A stretch of DNA of 64,000 nt from Chloropicon primus (Eukaryota), in the NCBI GenBank assembly GCA_023205875.1, contig CP060763.1, positions 434,001-498,000 of the forward strand. Reading direction: 5' to 3'. Made by a program: the position numbers and the translations under genes. The notes under the pieces are model-generated. The model was not told the DNA's origin and searched no databases. It saw only the letters and a list, made by a program, of their open reading frames with translations. Positions 22,255-33,614 of this stretch are shown here, piece by piece; the stretch's first letter is position 1, and each line of letters begins with the position of its first letter.

Positions 22255-23100
22255 TTACTCGCTGATTATCTTGAACTCCTCCACCTCATCAATGTCCTTC
22301 TCCGGGTCTTCCTCGTCGTCGTCGTCGCCCCCCTCCCTGTCGTGGCGCTCCTCCAGGTAGTCGAGCACCTCCTTTTGACTTCGAAGGAGGGCCTCGTCGA
22401 ACGGTGTCTTGCCAGCCTTGTTGCAAGCGCTCAGCTTCGCACCCTTGTCTAATAAATAATCTACAATACCAACGTGGCCGTTCAGGCAAGCCCAGTGAAG
22501 AGGAGTGCTCCCCTCGGCGTTCTCGGTCCCCACGTCTGCACCAGCCTCCACCAAAAGCTTCACAATCTCGACGTGACCATTCGCTGCTGCCATGTGGATC
22601 CCGTTCCTGCCGAACTCATCCACTGAGTTCGGGGACACTGACTTGAGGGCTGCACCATTCCATTCCATCCACCAAGTCCAAAGGAACATCATCGAGGGGT
22701 ACCAGCCGACACACACACAACACAAGAGAGAGAGAGAGAGAGAAGAGAGAGAGGCGCTTCGTTTAGTACAGGTGGAGGACGAGGACGAGGACGAGGGTAA
22801 AGGAGGCCTCCGCGGAGGTCACCTCGATGTGACCGGCCGCCACGAGTCGAGAACTCTTCTTCGGTCAAGTCCCTAGCCCTATGGGTTCCAGTCCAAGCTC
22901 CATTCGCAGGGTGTTCGTGTTCTCCCATCATTTTGTCCATTCTTGGAGCCGTCGCACAGGTTTTGGAGTTGGAGAGTGTCGTGGTGCGTCGTTTGGGACC
23001 GAATCTTACCTGTGCAAACGTCCTCCCTGTCACCATACCGACAACCGTCCACCAGTAACGCAATTCCCTCACTCATTGCCTCTTCGCCGCTTCCTGCCAT
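22255..23100 (-). CDS. Small ankyrin-repeat protein with acidic tail (YAR1-like); exons 23100-23010, 22649-22255
   Basis: CRYGD.EDV, HMAAANGH.EIV and N.EG.TPLHWA.LNGH match the Yar1-type pattern; phase-1 GTAAGA/TGCAG intron. Confidence 0.8.
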
Positions 23101-23829
23101 CTTTCTTTCTCTTTCTCTGCTGCTGATTTCATTTTCACTGATTGAGAGAGAGAGAGAGGAGGTGGATGGTGATGGTGATGGAGGCAAGGGGTTGGTGCCA
23201 GTGATAGGTGGTGGAAGCAGTGTGATGTCCTCCTCCTCCTCCTCCTCCTCCTCCTTGCTCTTTCCAAAGAGAGGAGCGCTCGATCGAGAAGAAAAGAATG
23301 AGGAGAAGGGAAGGGTGGAGGCGTGGGAAGGGCTCCAGGTTTGATCCTCTCCTTTGATGTTCCACTACGGGTGACGAGAGTCCTAGAGGCAGTGTGTGTA
23401 TGTGTGTGTGTGCGTGCGTGTGTGCGTTGTGGAAGTGGAAGACAAGGCCATCATGCCCAGCCCCGATGGCGATGCATCACTTCCATGGCAATCAACAGCG
23501 TGGCACCGATCCCCTCCGTCTCCATATTCCCTTGGCCAAGAGGCGGAGATGGAGACGGAGACGTGGCCTGCATGCGTGGATACAACGAACGTCCTCGCTC
23601 CACGCTTCTTCCCCCTTCTTCGAGCCTCGTGCTTCCTATGACGTTATCCAAGCAACGCCTCCTCTGTCGCCAAGGATTAAGAGTATCCTTGGTCGCTTTG
23701 GACTTTTCCGACCGAAGAGGAGGTCCCCTTCCTCTCTTCTCTCTTGGACGACGGCGCCCAAGAGGAATCAGCTAATCGTTAGAAGAGCTCGGCGCCCAAG
23801 GACGACCGGACTCCGCTTCTAGACCCAAG

Positions 23830-25884
23830 ATGACCATGAAGAAAGCTATCATGGCCTTGATTGTCTTCGCGACGATCTTGGCCGCGGCTGACGCCGTGCA
23901 CACCAACATGAGAAAGGGTGGTTCGGTACGTGACCCCAAGAGAACTTCACTCACTCGGTCGTGCTCTTCTTTCCTTTTTTTTTTGGTTTGGCCATCTTGG
24001 CATGGCCATGAGCATCCTCACCATGCGACCTCAAAAATTTTCTCAAGGGGAAAGGATCATGCGGTGGAATCATTGAGCTGACTCTCTTTCTTCTCCTACA
24101 TACTCTCTGCTCTCCCTTGCTTTGGGTTGCTTTGTTCTCAACAGTTGAACAAAGGTTGTGCCTTTGGAACCGACTTCAAGAACGGAGAGAAGATCATCCG
24201 TCCAAGGCCACAGGAGCTCATGTCTGTGACTGACGTCCCTACCAACTTCTTCTGGGGCAACGTGAACGGAACGAACTTCTTGACCGAGACCAGGAACCAG
24301 CACATTCCACAGTACTGTGGTTCTTGCTGGGCCATGGGAACGACGTCTTCCTTGTCCGACCGTATCAAGATTGCCCAGAAGGGAGGATACCCTGAGGTGA
24401 TCCTTTCCCCTCAGGTCATGGTGAACTGCCGTTATGGCGGATCTTGCGAGGGCGGCGACCCCTACGAGGCGTACGAGAGCATCGCTCAGTACGGTATCCC
24501 TGACGAGACTTGCCAGAACTACGAGGCTGTTGATGGAGAGTGTCACCCTTACGGAATCTGCGAGACCTGCGACCCAGGTGCTCCACCAAAGCCATTCTTG
24601 CCAGGAACTTGCACCCCAGTCAAGAACTACACCAGCTGGACGGTTGACTCTTACGGACACGTCCTTTCCGGACCTAACAAGGATGTCAAGGGCAACTTGT
24701 TGAGCAAGCAGGACCAGCTCAAGATGGAGATCGTGGAGGGAGGACCCATCTCTTGCGGTATTCACGTCACTGACAAGTTCGAGGCTTACAACGGAGGAAT
24801 CTTCTCTGAGCACAACCTCTTCAACATCCCAAACCATATCTTGGCCATCGTCGGTTGGGGCGTTGACCAGCAGAGCGGAACCGAGTACTGGATCGGAAGA
24901 AACTCTTGGGGAACTTACTGGGGCGAGAAGGGATTCTTCAGAATCGAGATGTACAAGGACAACCTTGGAATCGAGAACAGCTGCAGTTGGGCCACCCCAT
25001 CTGTGATGAGAAAGGTTGAGACCGCCGAGCCAGAGAAGGAGGAGTCCGTTGTCGGAAGGTACCACAACAAGGACCAGCCATGCCTCAAGCAGGACGGCAA
25101 GAAGACCAGCGTCGTCAAGTCTGCCCTTCCCCACACCTACCTCAAGACCGAGGACTTGCCTACCACCTACGACATCAGAAACTTGAACGGAGTCAACTAC
25201 GCCACCATTGACAGGAACCAGCACATCCCTCAGTACTGCGGATCTTGCTGGACCCACGGAACCAGCTCTGCCCTCAGCGACCGCATTGCCTTGATGAGGA
25301 ACGGAGCCTGGCCTGAGATCGACTTGGCCCCACAGGTTCTCGTGAACTGCGTGACTGGAGGCGAGAGCAAGGGTTGCTCTGGTGGAAGCCCAACTGCTGC
25401 TTACGAGTGGATCTACAACAACGGGCTCCCAGACGAGACTTGCCAGAACTACCAGGCCAAGGACAACACTTGCACTGCCATTAACACCTGCAGGAACTGC
25501 TCCCCAAGCAAGGGCTGCTGGGCCATGGCCAACAACACCTACACGACCTACCACATCTCTGAGTACGGACAGGTTCAGGGTGAGGACAAGATGATGGCCG
25601 AGATCGCTGCCAGAGGACCTATCGCTTGCGGACTCTGCGTCACCCCAGACTTCGAGACCTACAAGGGAGGCATCTTCAACGACCAGACCGGTTGCAAGGA
25701 CCAGGACCACGAGATCAGTATCGCTGGATACGGCCAGACCGCCGACGGAACCAAGTACTGGATCGGAAGAAACTCCTGGGGAACCTACTGGGGCGAGAAC
25801 GGATGGTTCAGAATCATCAGGGGTGTCGACAACCTCGGAGTTGAGGACGCCTGTGATTGGGCCGTCCCAGCCCCACTCCACTAA
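23830..25884 (+). CDS. Secreted papain-family (C1A) protease with two tandem cathepsin X/Z domains; exons 23830-23925, 24145-25884
   Basis: Signal peptide; RNQHIPQYCGSCW occurs twice, each domain with catalytic His (PNH / QDH) and RNSWG; phase-0 intron. Confidence 0.93.
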
Positions 25885-25886
25885 GG

Positions 25887-25917
<31 letters not shown>

Positions 25918-26032
25918 TCGCGTTGACGGAATTTCGATACAAACTATGATAATGATATTGTGATATTGAAATTATATATTTTTTTCTTTCCATTTCTTTT
26001 GTCTACAAAGGTACACGATTCGTAGCGCGACG

Positions 26033-27085
26033 TCAGTGCCCCGGGAGTCCCTCTCCGTTCCTCAACCTGTTGGTGAGAGCTACGATGATCTTCTCTTGCC
26101 TCAGGATCTGTTCTTGCTGTTGTTTGAGCGTGGAGTCTTGCCCCAAGATCGTCACGACCCTCTTGTTCGTTTTCTTCGGGCTTCTCTTCTCCATGTCGGC
26201 GTTCTCCGACTTCTCCCTGAAGAATTGCAGCTCCCTCTTCAACGCGTCGATGAGCTTGTCATCGTTCTCGCTCTTCGTCAGAAGCACCCCGAGCTTCTGC
26301 CTCAGGTCCCTGTTTTCCGTCTCTATGATTTTCTTCCTCGACTGGTTCGCTTCGTACTTCATACGGAGCGACCGGTACTCCTCCGTCGTCGCGCTCAGCT
26401 CCTTGGCCAAGGTGTCCTTCTCCTTCCTTCTCGTCTCCTCCAGCATCTGCAAGTTCTTTCTGTTCTGGAGCTCGTGCCTCCCCGTGTGGTTGCTCGTGCC
26501 GCCGTGGCCAAGCTCCTTCTTAAGCTCCTTCACCTTGTTCTTCAGAAGGATGATCTGCTGAGCCCGGCCTCGCCAGTCGGAGCCGTCCTCCATGATTTTC
26601 CCCAGGCTCACCTCCTCGCCCACCTCCTTCTGGAGCACCCGGTGCAAGCGGTCCCTCTCGACCTTGAAAGCCGTCGCCTTGGTCTGAACCTCAGCAATCT
26701 TCTTCATGGCGTCCGAGTACTTCTCCTTCCACGACGCGATCTCCCTGGACGATATCTGCAGATGCTGCGTGAGGCCCAAGTCATCCTTGCCGCTATCTTT
26801 GGCACTCTTGCTGACCCTCCTCGGAGACGTAGACTTCCGTATGCTCTCTATCTCGGATTGGAGCTTCACAACCCGGCTCTTCTCCCGCTCGATGGCTACG
26901 TTCAAAGCTCTGTTCTTCTTGGCCAGCTCCAAGATCTTGCCTTCCCTCGCTTCCGACGTTTGTATTTTTGACAAGTAGTTCTGAACTTCCCGCAACTCCC
27001 TGTCCTTGGCGTCGAGCTGAAGAAGCAGGTTCTGATTCTGTTCCTGGAGCTCGCCCACAATCTGAAAGTCGTCCCAACTGGACAT
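26033..27085 (-). CDS. CCDC13: Coiled-coil domain-containing protein 13 (centriolar satellite/ciliary)
   Basis: KILELAKKNRALN...E.EK, LQKEVGE...WRGRAQQI..LK and K..NDD.LI.AL are CCDC13-type motifs. Confidence 0.82.
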   Translation of the reverse strand: MSSWDDFQIVGELQEQNQNLLLQLDAKDRELREVQNYLSKIQTSEAREGKILELAKKNRALNVAIEREKSRVVKLQSEIESIRKSTSPRRVSKSAKDSGKDDLGLTQHLQISSREIASWKEKYSDAMKKIAEVQTKATAFKVERDRLHRVLQKEVGEEVSLGKIMEDGSDWRGRAQQIILLKNKVKELKKELGHGGTSNHTGRHELQNRKNLQMLEETRRKEKDTLAKELSATTEEYRSLRMKYEANQSRKKIIETENRDLRQKLGVLLTKSENDDKLIDALKRELQFFREKSENADMEKRSPKKTNKRVVTILGQDSTLKQQQEQILRQEKIIVALTNRLRNGEGLPGH

Positions 27086-27418
27086 GATGCCTTAAAAGCA
27101 CTCTTCACTTCCTCTCTTGACACGAGTACAGGTTCTCTGGCTTGCTTATGTTTCACTTCAGGTCTTCTTCAAGTCTTGTTGTTGTTCGCTTCGAGGGCAA
27201 AAGCAAACGCACACAGACACACACGAGGACCAAAGCCAGGTGCTTCACGCAAGCAAGGTCGTCACCATCGGTTGTCCTCGTGTCCAAAGACGCTTCAAAC
27301 CCAAACCCACACCCCCCGTCGAGAGCCCGAGAGAACTTGGGAGTATACTCGAAAAAGTATCCGATGGGCTCGCAGAATCCTCTTCCCTCAAAACCTAACA
27401 ACCTTTTACGATCTTTCC

Positions 27419-27869
27419 CTTCGGTTCACGAGCGACAGTTGCCTTAAGGACAAGCAAGAGGATCCTTTTCCCCAACCCCAAAGGTTCAAGACTCGTTCTT
27501 CTTGGCTTTCCTTTCCTTTGCTTTCCTTCGCTTTGCTTTGCTTCGGTTCACGAGCGACAGTTGCCTTAAGGACAAGCAAGAGGATCCTTTTCCCCAACCC
27601 CAAAGGTTCAAGACTCGTTCTTCTTGGCTTTCCTTTCCTTTGCTTTCCTTCGCTTTGCTTTGCTTCGGTTCACGAGCGACAGTTGCCTTAAGGACAAGCA
27701 AGAGGATCCTTTTCCCCAACCCCAAAGGTTCAAGACTCGTTCTTCTTGGCTTTCCTTTCCTTTGCTTTCCTTCGCTTTGCTTTGCTTCGGTTCACGAGCG
27801 ACAGTTGCCTTAAGGACAAGCAAGAGGATCCTTTTCCCCAACCCCAAAGGCTCAAGACTCGTTCTTCTT
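27419..27869. repeat. 122-bp tandem repeat, about 3.7 near-identical copies
   Basis: Unit TCGGTTCACGAGCGACAGTTGCCTTAAGG...CTTTGCTTTGCT starts at 27421, 27543, 27665 and 27787. Confidence 0.97.
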
Positions 27870-28297
27870 CTTCTTGTGTCTTGTGTCTTGTTCTTCTGTC
27901 GTCGCCTTGGTGTCCTTGTGTCCTTGTCCTTGTCCTTTCGTGTTCGTGTTTCCGACTCCATTCAGACATACGCAGCAGCAGCAGGAGGAGGGGAAGCACG
28001 AGACCGAGCCCGGAGAGACCAGACCGTTGGTGTGGGGAAGAGTTTGGACAGTCGGTTGTGTCCAACGGTCCAAGAGGAGGGGAAAGAACCAAGAGGCAAG
28101 GATGAGATAAGACCACCAAGAGCCGAGCCAGGCCCTGTGTGTGTGTGTGTGAACCGACTGGGACCGCCGTGCTTTGTGTTCGTTGCCGTGGCCTTGGGAA
28201 GAAGAAGAAAGAAACCAAGAGACCTTGGCCAAGAGACCTTGGCCTTTGGGTTGTCGGGAGACCTGAAGAGGTTGTTGTGAACCTTTGGAGCAAAGAG

Positions 28298-29482
28298 ATG
28301 ATGAGATCACGAGGATTTATTCAAGAGGAGTACGAGGCTCTTGCGAAGGATATGGCAGCCAAGCAAGCGAAGAGCGCGCCTGGGGGCGAGAGTACGCCTC
28401 TAAGCCAGGGAAAGGTAGAAGGGTGCATGAAGAAGAAGAACAGGAAGCATGGCATCCTGGGAAGCAAGTGGAACAAGAGGTGGTTCGTGCTGGAGAATGG
28501 GATACTGACATACGCCAAGAACAGGCAGGAGATAGTCAAGGGGGAGATCCAAGTGTTCTCGATGCACGAGTTGGAGTACGTGAACCAAAGGAAGGAGAGG
28601 CTCGAGTTCGAGCTCAAGTTCCCGGAGCGCGTGCTGCACCTGCAGACCCTCTGCAAGGACGACCTGAAGAAGTGGCTTGCAGCCTTTGAGAGCGCCAAGA
28701 GGGTGGGGCCCATAAGGGCCAACCAGCACTCGCCGACGTCCCCTCTGGACGTGGACTGCGCGGACTTGCCGGGGTACAGGTCCCACTCGCAGAAGTCGAG
28801 CCTAAGAGACTGCAAGAGCGCCGGGGGGACGAGCAGCGCGAAGAAGGACGTTAGCCCAAGGTCGCTCCTTGCCAACCCAGCGAACGGCAGGAGGTGCTTC
28901 GGGAACTACTTTGACGACTTTGAGACGGACATGCAGTCTTCCGGCTACGTCACCAACCTGGAGGCCCAGCGCTTGGGCAGGAACCAGGACACCAAGATAG
29001 AAGAGTTCTCCCTTGGCGGGTGCGAGTCGCCCGTGCCGATGTTGGCTGGCGTGGAGACACCAGCGCAGCAGCAGCAACAACGGGACCTGAACTTCGACTT
29101 TGCCAAGCCCTTTGGTGGCCTGAGCATGGACGAGAATTCTGACGAGGGCTGGCTCGAGGAGGACTGGGATGACGAGGACAACGACAAGGACGAAAAGTCT
29201 CGCCAGGGAGGCGAGAAGAGCACCACCCCAGTTGTCTTCCTCAGCAGCCCAAAGGTGGGGTCGGCGAGCAAGTCCGGCACCATCAGCTCGAAGGATGGTC
29301 TGCTGGAGTGTGACATGAAGGCTGTCAAGTACGACTCACAGATCACTCTGCCCGACATCGAGCCTGCGAGCCCTGGGGACTCCCACCACCCGATGGACTT
29401 TTGCGGCGGGAAGGAGGTGAACGTTCTTGACGACATCAACCCCGACGAGGACTGGCTCAACGACGAGTGGGACAGCGAGTAA
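28298..29482 (+). CDS. PH-domain protein with disordered acidic C-terminus
   Basis: VEGCMKKK...WNKRWFVLENGILTY...F.L.FPER.L.L......KKWL.AF; tail motifs WLEEDWD and WLNDEWD. Confidence 0.82.
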   Translation: MMRSRGFIQEEYEALAKDMAAKQAKSAPGGESTPLSQGKVEGCMKKKNRKHGILGSKWNKRWFVLENGILTYAKNRQEIVKGEIQVFSMHELEYVNQRKERLEFELKFPERVLHLQTLCKDDLKKWLAAFESAKRVGPIRANQHSPTSPLDVDCADLPGYRSHSQKSSLRDCKSAGGTSSAKKDVSPRSLLANPANGRRCFGNYFDDFETDMQSSGYVTNLEAQRLGRNQDTKIEEFSLGGCESPVPMLAGVETPAQQQQQRDLNFDFAKPFGGLSMDENSDEGWLEEDWDDEDNDKDEKSRQGGEKSTTPVVFLSSPKVGSASKSGTISSKDGLLECDMKAVKYDSQITLPDIEPASPGDSHHPMDFCGGKEVNVLDDINPDEDWLNDEWDSE

Positions 29483-29570
29483 GAGGACGATTTATGAAAG
29501 GAGTATTACCAGAAGAAGAAAAAAATATTATAAACAAAACAACCCGATATATGATTAGCGATACCTACTT

Positions 29571-31274
29571 TTACGTGCTGTCCTTGATGAAGGGGTGGAC
29601 GAGGGCGTTGTTCACCGTGATCCTTCTGTCCGGATCCAGCATGAACATCTGACCCAGAAAGTCCGCAAACTGGTGCAGCTTCTTCCTGTCCGTGGTCTTG
29701 ACCGCCTTTTTCTCGAGCTCCTTGTACAAATCCCTCGTCACCTTCGGGTGGTTGATGGCCGTTCTCATGGGCTGCTTCGTCACCGGATCCGTCTCCACCA
29801 GGAAGAAGGTCATGTTCACGTCGCTGCCAAAGTGCCTCTCCACGAAGATCCCCCGCCTCAGCATCTTTTTCGGGAAGCCGCCCTTCAAGTCCATCATCAG
29901 CTTCAGCATCTGGTTGTTGGAGTTCCCAGGAAAGGCGATCTTCCCCGTGAACAGCTCGTACACCACGCAGCCCAGGCTCCACATGTCCATGGCGTAGCTG
30001 TAGGGGAGCCCGAGGACCACCTCGGGGGACCTGTAGAACCTCGAGACCAGGTACGGAGTGAGCTCGTTGTTCCCGGCGTACATCGCGCTCCCAAGGTCGC
30101 AGAGCTTGACGGAGGAGTGGGAGCTGTTGACGAGGATGTTGTCGGGCTTGATGTCCGCGTGGAAGATGCCGCAGGTCCTCAAGAGCTTGAGAGCGACCAG
30201 GAGCTGGTACGCGTACGTCCTCACGGCCTTCAAGTTGATCCCCACCTCCCTGCCGAACTTCTTCACCACTTCCCTCAGATTCATGTCCATCGCCTCGAAG
30301 ACCATGCACACGTGGTTCCTGTACTCAAAGGTCTCGAGCAAGCGAATGCAGTGCCTCTTCCCCTCCGGATCCGCCCCGCCCAGCTTGCGAAGGATGTTGA
30401 TCTCTTGCTCGGCCGCCTTGTGCATGACCTCGTTCGCCCTGACGACCTTGACGGCGTACTCGACCGGCTTGGCGTCGCTCGCACCCTCCGAACCTTGCTG
30501 GGCCTGCCACCCGTGGTCCCTCGCCCTCAACACGGTGCTGAACACCCCCTGCCCGCAGTTGGAGTACACCTCGTACTTCCTCGTCGGGCTGTGGAGAACC
30601 TCCCCCACCCTGAAATTGTAGTACCCCTCCTCGTCGTCCCAGTCGTCGGCGAGGCCCTTCCCCCGGATGGCCTCCGGCTCCGCGTTCGTCGCCGGCCCGG
30701 CGAGCTTGGCCTCGACGCCGCCCTTGGCCCCTCCCGCCTCGGCCGGACCGCCCTCCGGCGCGTCCTCATCGTCCCCGAACATGTCGTCGTCGCCGGAGGC
30801 AAACATGTCGTCGTCGCCATTGTCGTCGCCGCCGCCGCCCGTACAAGCTGCTGCGGAGGAAAGGTTGCGTTCGGAGTTATCAGTGACGGGATGTTCCGGC
30901 TCGGAAGAAGGGACGTCGTCGTTGTTCACTGCTGCTGCTGCAGCATCACCCGCCAAAGGAACTCTTTCCGGTGGTTCTTCTAACCTCGTGGTGGTGGCGT
31001 CGGTGGCAGTTCGTCCCGCGCTCTCCCCCTCGGCCTTTCTGTGCTTCTCCAGGATCGCCTTCCTCTCCCTCCTCCGTCGCTGGATGAGCTCCTCCTCCCT
31101 CCTCTGCCTCTCCTCCTCCCCGAGGAACTCGGCGTCGTCGTCCTCCGACGCGGACGGCGTCAGCTCCCCGGCCTCCCTCTCGACCTCTTCGCGACGACGA
31201 GAAGGAGACCGAGACCGAGACCGGTGGTATCCGACGAAGATTCCCCTGCCTCGCTGCTGCTCGGTGCCAACCAT
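29571..31274 (-). CDS. PRPF4B: Pre-mRNA processing kinase PRP4
   Basis: RS stretch, DDWDDEEGYY, G.GVFSTV, HADIKPDNIL, CDLGSA, TPYLVSRFYR.PE; ATG at 31274 after a probable 5'UTR intron acceptor. Confidence 0.95.
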   Translation of the reverse strand: MVGTEQQRGRGIFVGYHRSRSRSPSRRREEVEREAGELTPSASEDDDAEFLGEEERQRREEELIQRRRRERKAILEKHRKAEGESAGRTATDATTTRLEEPPERVPLAGDAAAAAVNNDDVPSSEPEHPVTDNSERNLSSAAACTGGGGDDNGDDDMFASGDDDMFGDDEDAPEGGPAEAGGAKGGVEAKLAGPATNAEPEAIRGKGLADDWDDEEGYYNFRVGEVLHSPTRKYEVYSNCGQGVFSTVLRARDHGWQAQQGSEGASDAKPVEYAVKVVRANEVMHKAAEQEINILRKLGGADPEGKRHCIRLLETFEYRNHVCMVFEAMDMNLREVVKKFGREVGINLKAVRTYAYQLLVALKLLRTCGIFHADIKPDNILVNSSHSSVKLCDLGSAMYAGNNELTPYLVSRFYRSPEVVLGLPYSYAMDMWSLGCVVYELFTGKIAFPGNSNNQMLKLMMDLKGGFPKKMLRRGIFVERHFGSDVNMTFFLVETDPVTKQPMRTAINHPKVTRDLYKELEKKAVKTTDRKKLHQFADFLGQMFMLDPDRRITVNNALVHPFIKDST

Positions 31275-31332
31275 GCCGCTGCTGTTCAGTAGACAACGCC
31301 AACAGAGGAAGAAGAAAACAAATAAGAACGAG

Positions 31333-31548
31333 TCAAGCGAGGGATCCAATCGAAAGAGAAAGGTACGAGGTTTCGGTGTCCTCCTCCCCTCCTGCCCTCG
31401 CCCTCGTCCTCCACAAGAGTGTGCTGCTGCTCCTCCCTCGCTTGCCTTGCTTCACGAGATCCAGCACAATTGGTTGGTTCGTTCGTTCGTTCCAGTCTTC
31501 CCGATCACTCAGGACGCCACTCGGGTCGATCAAGGTATCGACGGAAAG
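31333..31548 (-). promoter_or_regulatory. Two CTTTC elements upstream of PRP4 kinase (31333-31356, 31526-31548)
   Basis: Minus strand: CTTTCGATTGGATCCCTCGCTTGAC and GTCTCACGGTCTTTCCGTCGATACCTTGATCGAC, 192 bp apart. Confidence 0.6.
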
Positions 31549-32215
31549 ACCGTGAGACGTACTACCGACACCCCTCGCCCTCCTTCCCTCCTTCCCTCGC
31601 CCTCGTCCTCCCCTTGGCTCCACAAAAGGTTACGTTCCTCCTCTCTCGCTCGCGCTCGACTCCCCGACTTTTTCCTTCTCTCGCGTTGTGGACGCTGTAC
31701 ACGCCATTCTCGTCAAGATCTGGTTACACCCAATTCTAGCCAAAGATCTGATCTGTTTCAAACACGTGCGGTTGTCGTAACGCTTCGTCGGTTACGGCTG
31801 GTCGAGACAGAATTGAGAGCAAGGCCGAGGCGATTGCGTTCCCTTTCCCTTTCGAAAGGCAGGCTTCTTCGGACGTGCGACGTGTTGCGAGGAGTGAGGG
31901 GTTTGGAGACCTCCCTGTGTCGTGTCTTTGGCTTGGCTTTGGATTGAGGGGTCGCACCGAGGGGGAGGATCCGTGGGGAGGCCGTGGACCGAGCACAAGG
32001 CCAGAGGGCGGAGAAGGGTTGAGTCGAGGGACGGGGGGAGAGGACTGGGGTGTGTGGCGTTTGGAAGCTCGCCTTTTGTCTGCGCTCGCATCTGTCTTTT
32101 CTTTGGGCATTCTTGTTGGAGTGATCGCGGATCGAGATCCGCGAGAAGTCGGGCGTGACCGGGCACAAGGCTGCGGGGGAGAGGGAAGGTTGGTCGGTTC
32201 GGTCGGTTCGGCGAG

Positions 32216-33355
32216 ATGGCGTGCGGGACCAGTGTGGCCGGGAGTGTGATGCGGTGCGTCGGCGCCCTGCCTCGCAGAGGGGCGTTGCCGGCCGGGGGGA
32301 GGCGGGGGAGGCGAGAGAGGACGGCCGTCAGGAGGTGCACGCCGTACGCGAGGATCGAGACCTCGGGCTCGGGGTACGCTGAGGCCGAGGCCGGGGGGGG
32401 CTCGGGGGGAGGGGGCGACAAGGGGAAGCCCGGCACCGGTGGCGACGGCGGCGGGGGGGGCGGGGACGGCGAGGCGGGGAAGTACTGGGGCGAGGTTGGT
32501 CCGTTCCTCGCCGGCCTCGGCCAGACCCTCGAGCGCTTCCCGGCCGAGTTCAGGAAGGACGTCGCCGCCGGCCTGGTTCCCCTGGCTTTCGTCCAGAGGT
32601 ACATCGAGCTCCAGGCGAGCCTCGTGATGCGGGCCCTGATGAAGATCCCGGGGTTCAGGAACAAGCTCCTGGCGGATCCGAACTTGGCGTTCAAGCTCGG
32701 GATTGAGATCGGGATCGGGATCCTGACCAAGTGCAGCGCCGAGTACCAGAAGCGCAAGCCGAACTTCCGGAAGGAGATCGACTTTGCCTTCGCCAACCTG
32801 CTCATGGCGCTTATCGCGGACTGGATGCTCGTGTACCTGCCCGCCCCAACCATGGTTTTCAACGTCGCCAAGGCCAGGAAGACGGGGGTATTGGCCTCCG
32901 CCTTTCCGTTCGTGCGGACCCTGCCGAAGAACGCGTTCCAGAAGGTCCCCGTCATGATGAAGCCTTTCACGGTGACGCAGAGGGTTGGGGCCCTGGGGGT
33001 GAACGGCGTCAAGCTCTTCACGGTGGGCACGTTCGCGTCCTTCGTCGGCGTGGCCCTGACCAACATTCTGACGGAGGTGAGGCAGAGGCTGAACCCGGAC
33101 GCCCCGAAACTGAACAAGCCCCAGAACGTGGTGAAGGCGAGCCTGCTTTACGGCTCTTACATGGGGATCAACAGCAACCTGAGGTACCAGCTCCTCGCTG
33201 GAATAGAGGAGCGGTACCTCTCCGCGCTTTTCACCAACCCGGGCAACTTTGCCTTGGTTTCGGGAGCCGTGAGGGTGGCGAACACCTACCTGGGAAGCCT
33301 GATGTGGGTCGACACCCTTCGCCTGGTCGGAATGCAGCCCCAGAAGAAGGGCTGA
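32216..33355 (+). CDS. RETICULATA-related plastid envelope protein (DUF3411)
   Basis: Transit peptide, Gly-rich linker, GFR.KLLADP...KL.IE, E...R...F.KE.DF, NAFQ, SNLRYQ...GIE. Confidence 0.92.
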   Translation: MACGTSVAGSVMRCVGALPRRGALPAGGRRGRRERTAVRRCTPYARIETSGSGYAEAEAGGGSGGGGDKGKPGTGGDGGGGGGDGEAGKYWGEVGPFLAGLGQTLERFPAEFRKDVAAGLVPLAFVQRYIELQASLVMRALMKIPGFRNKLLADPNLAFKLGIEIGIGILTKCSAEYQKRKPNFRKEIDFAFANLLMALIADWMLVYLPAPTMVFNVAKARKTGVLASAFPFVRTLPKNAFQKVPVMMKPFTVTQRVGALGVNGVKLFTVGTFASFVGVALTNILTEVRQRLNPDAPKLNKPQNVVKASLLYGSYMGINSNLRYQLLAGIEERYLSALFTNPGNFALVSGAVRVANTYLGSLMWVDTLRLVGMQPQKKG

Positions 33356-33614
33356 GCAGCCACACGCACGCGCGCGCGCGCGCGCCTTCCCGCTCCATTT
33401 TTTTTATGCTGTTGTTTGATTCATTCGCGACTCGCGGCCTACCACCATTTCTTGGTCGCCGCGCCTCGGTAGAGAGTTTAGTTTTCTTCTGGTTCGATAA
33501 AAAAAAGTTCTCACTTTATTCACTTTCGTTTCTGTAATAAAAATTAGAAAACACACGCTCGCGAGAGGGCTCCGCTCCTTCCGCCGAGGGGGGCCTCCTC
33601 GGCGGCGCGCCCTC

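Noticed and set aside
24070..25881. 603-aa minus-strand ORF
   Set aside because: Antisense shadow of the strongly codon-biased cathepsin X gene; no recognisable motifs.
27419..27869. 122-bp array as a CRISPR array or coding repeat
   Set aside because: Units are contiguous with no unique spacers, there are no cas genes and the context is eukaryotic; 122 is not a multiple of 3 and the ORFs are short frame-shifting products.
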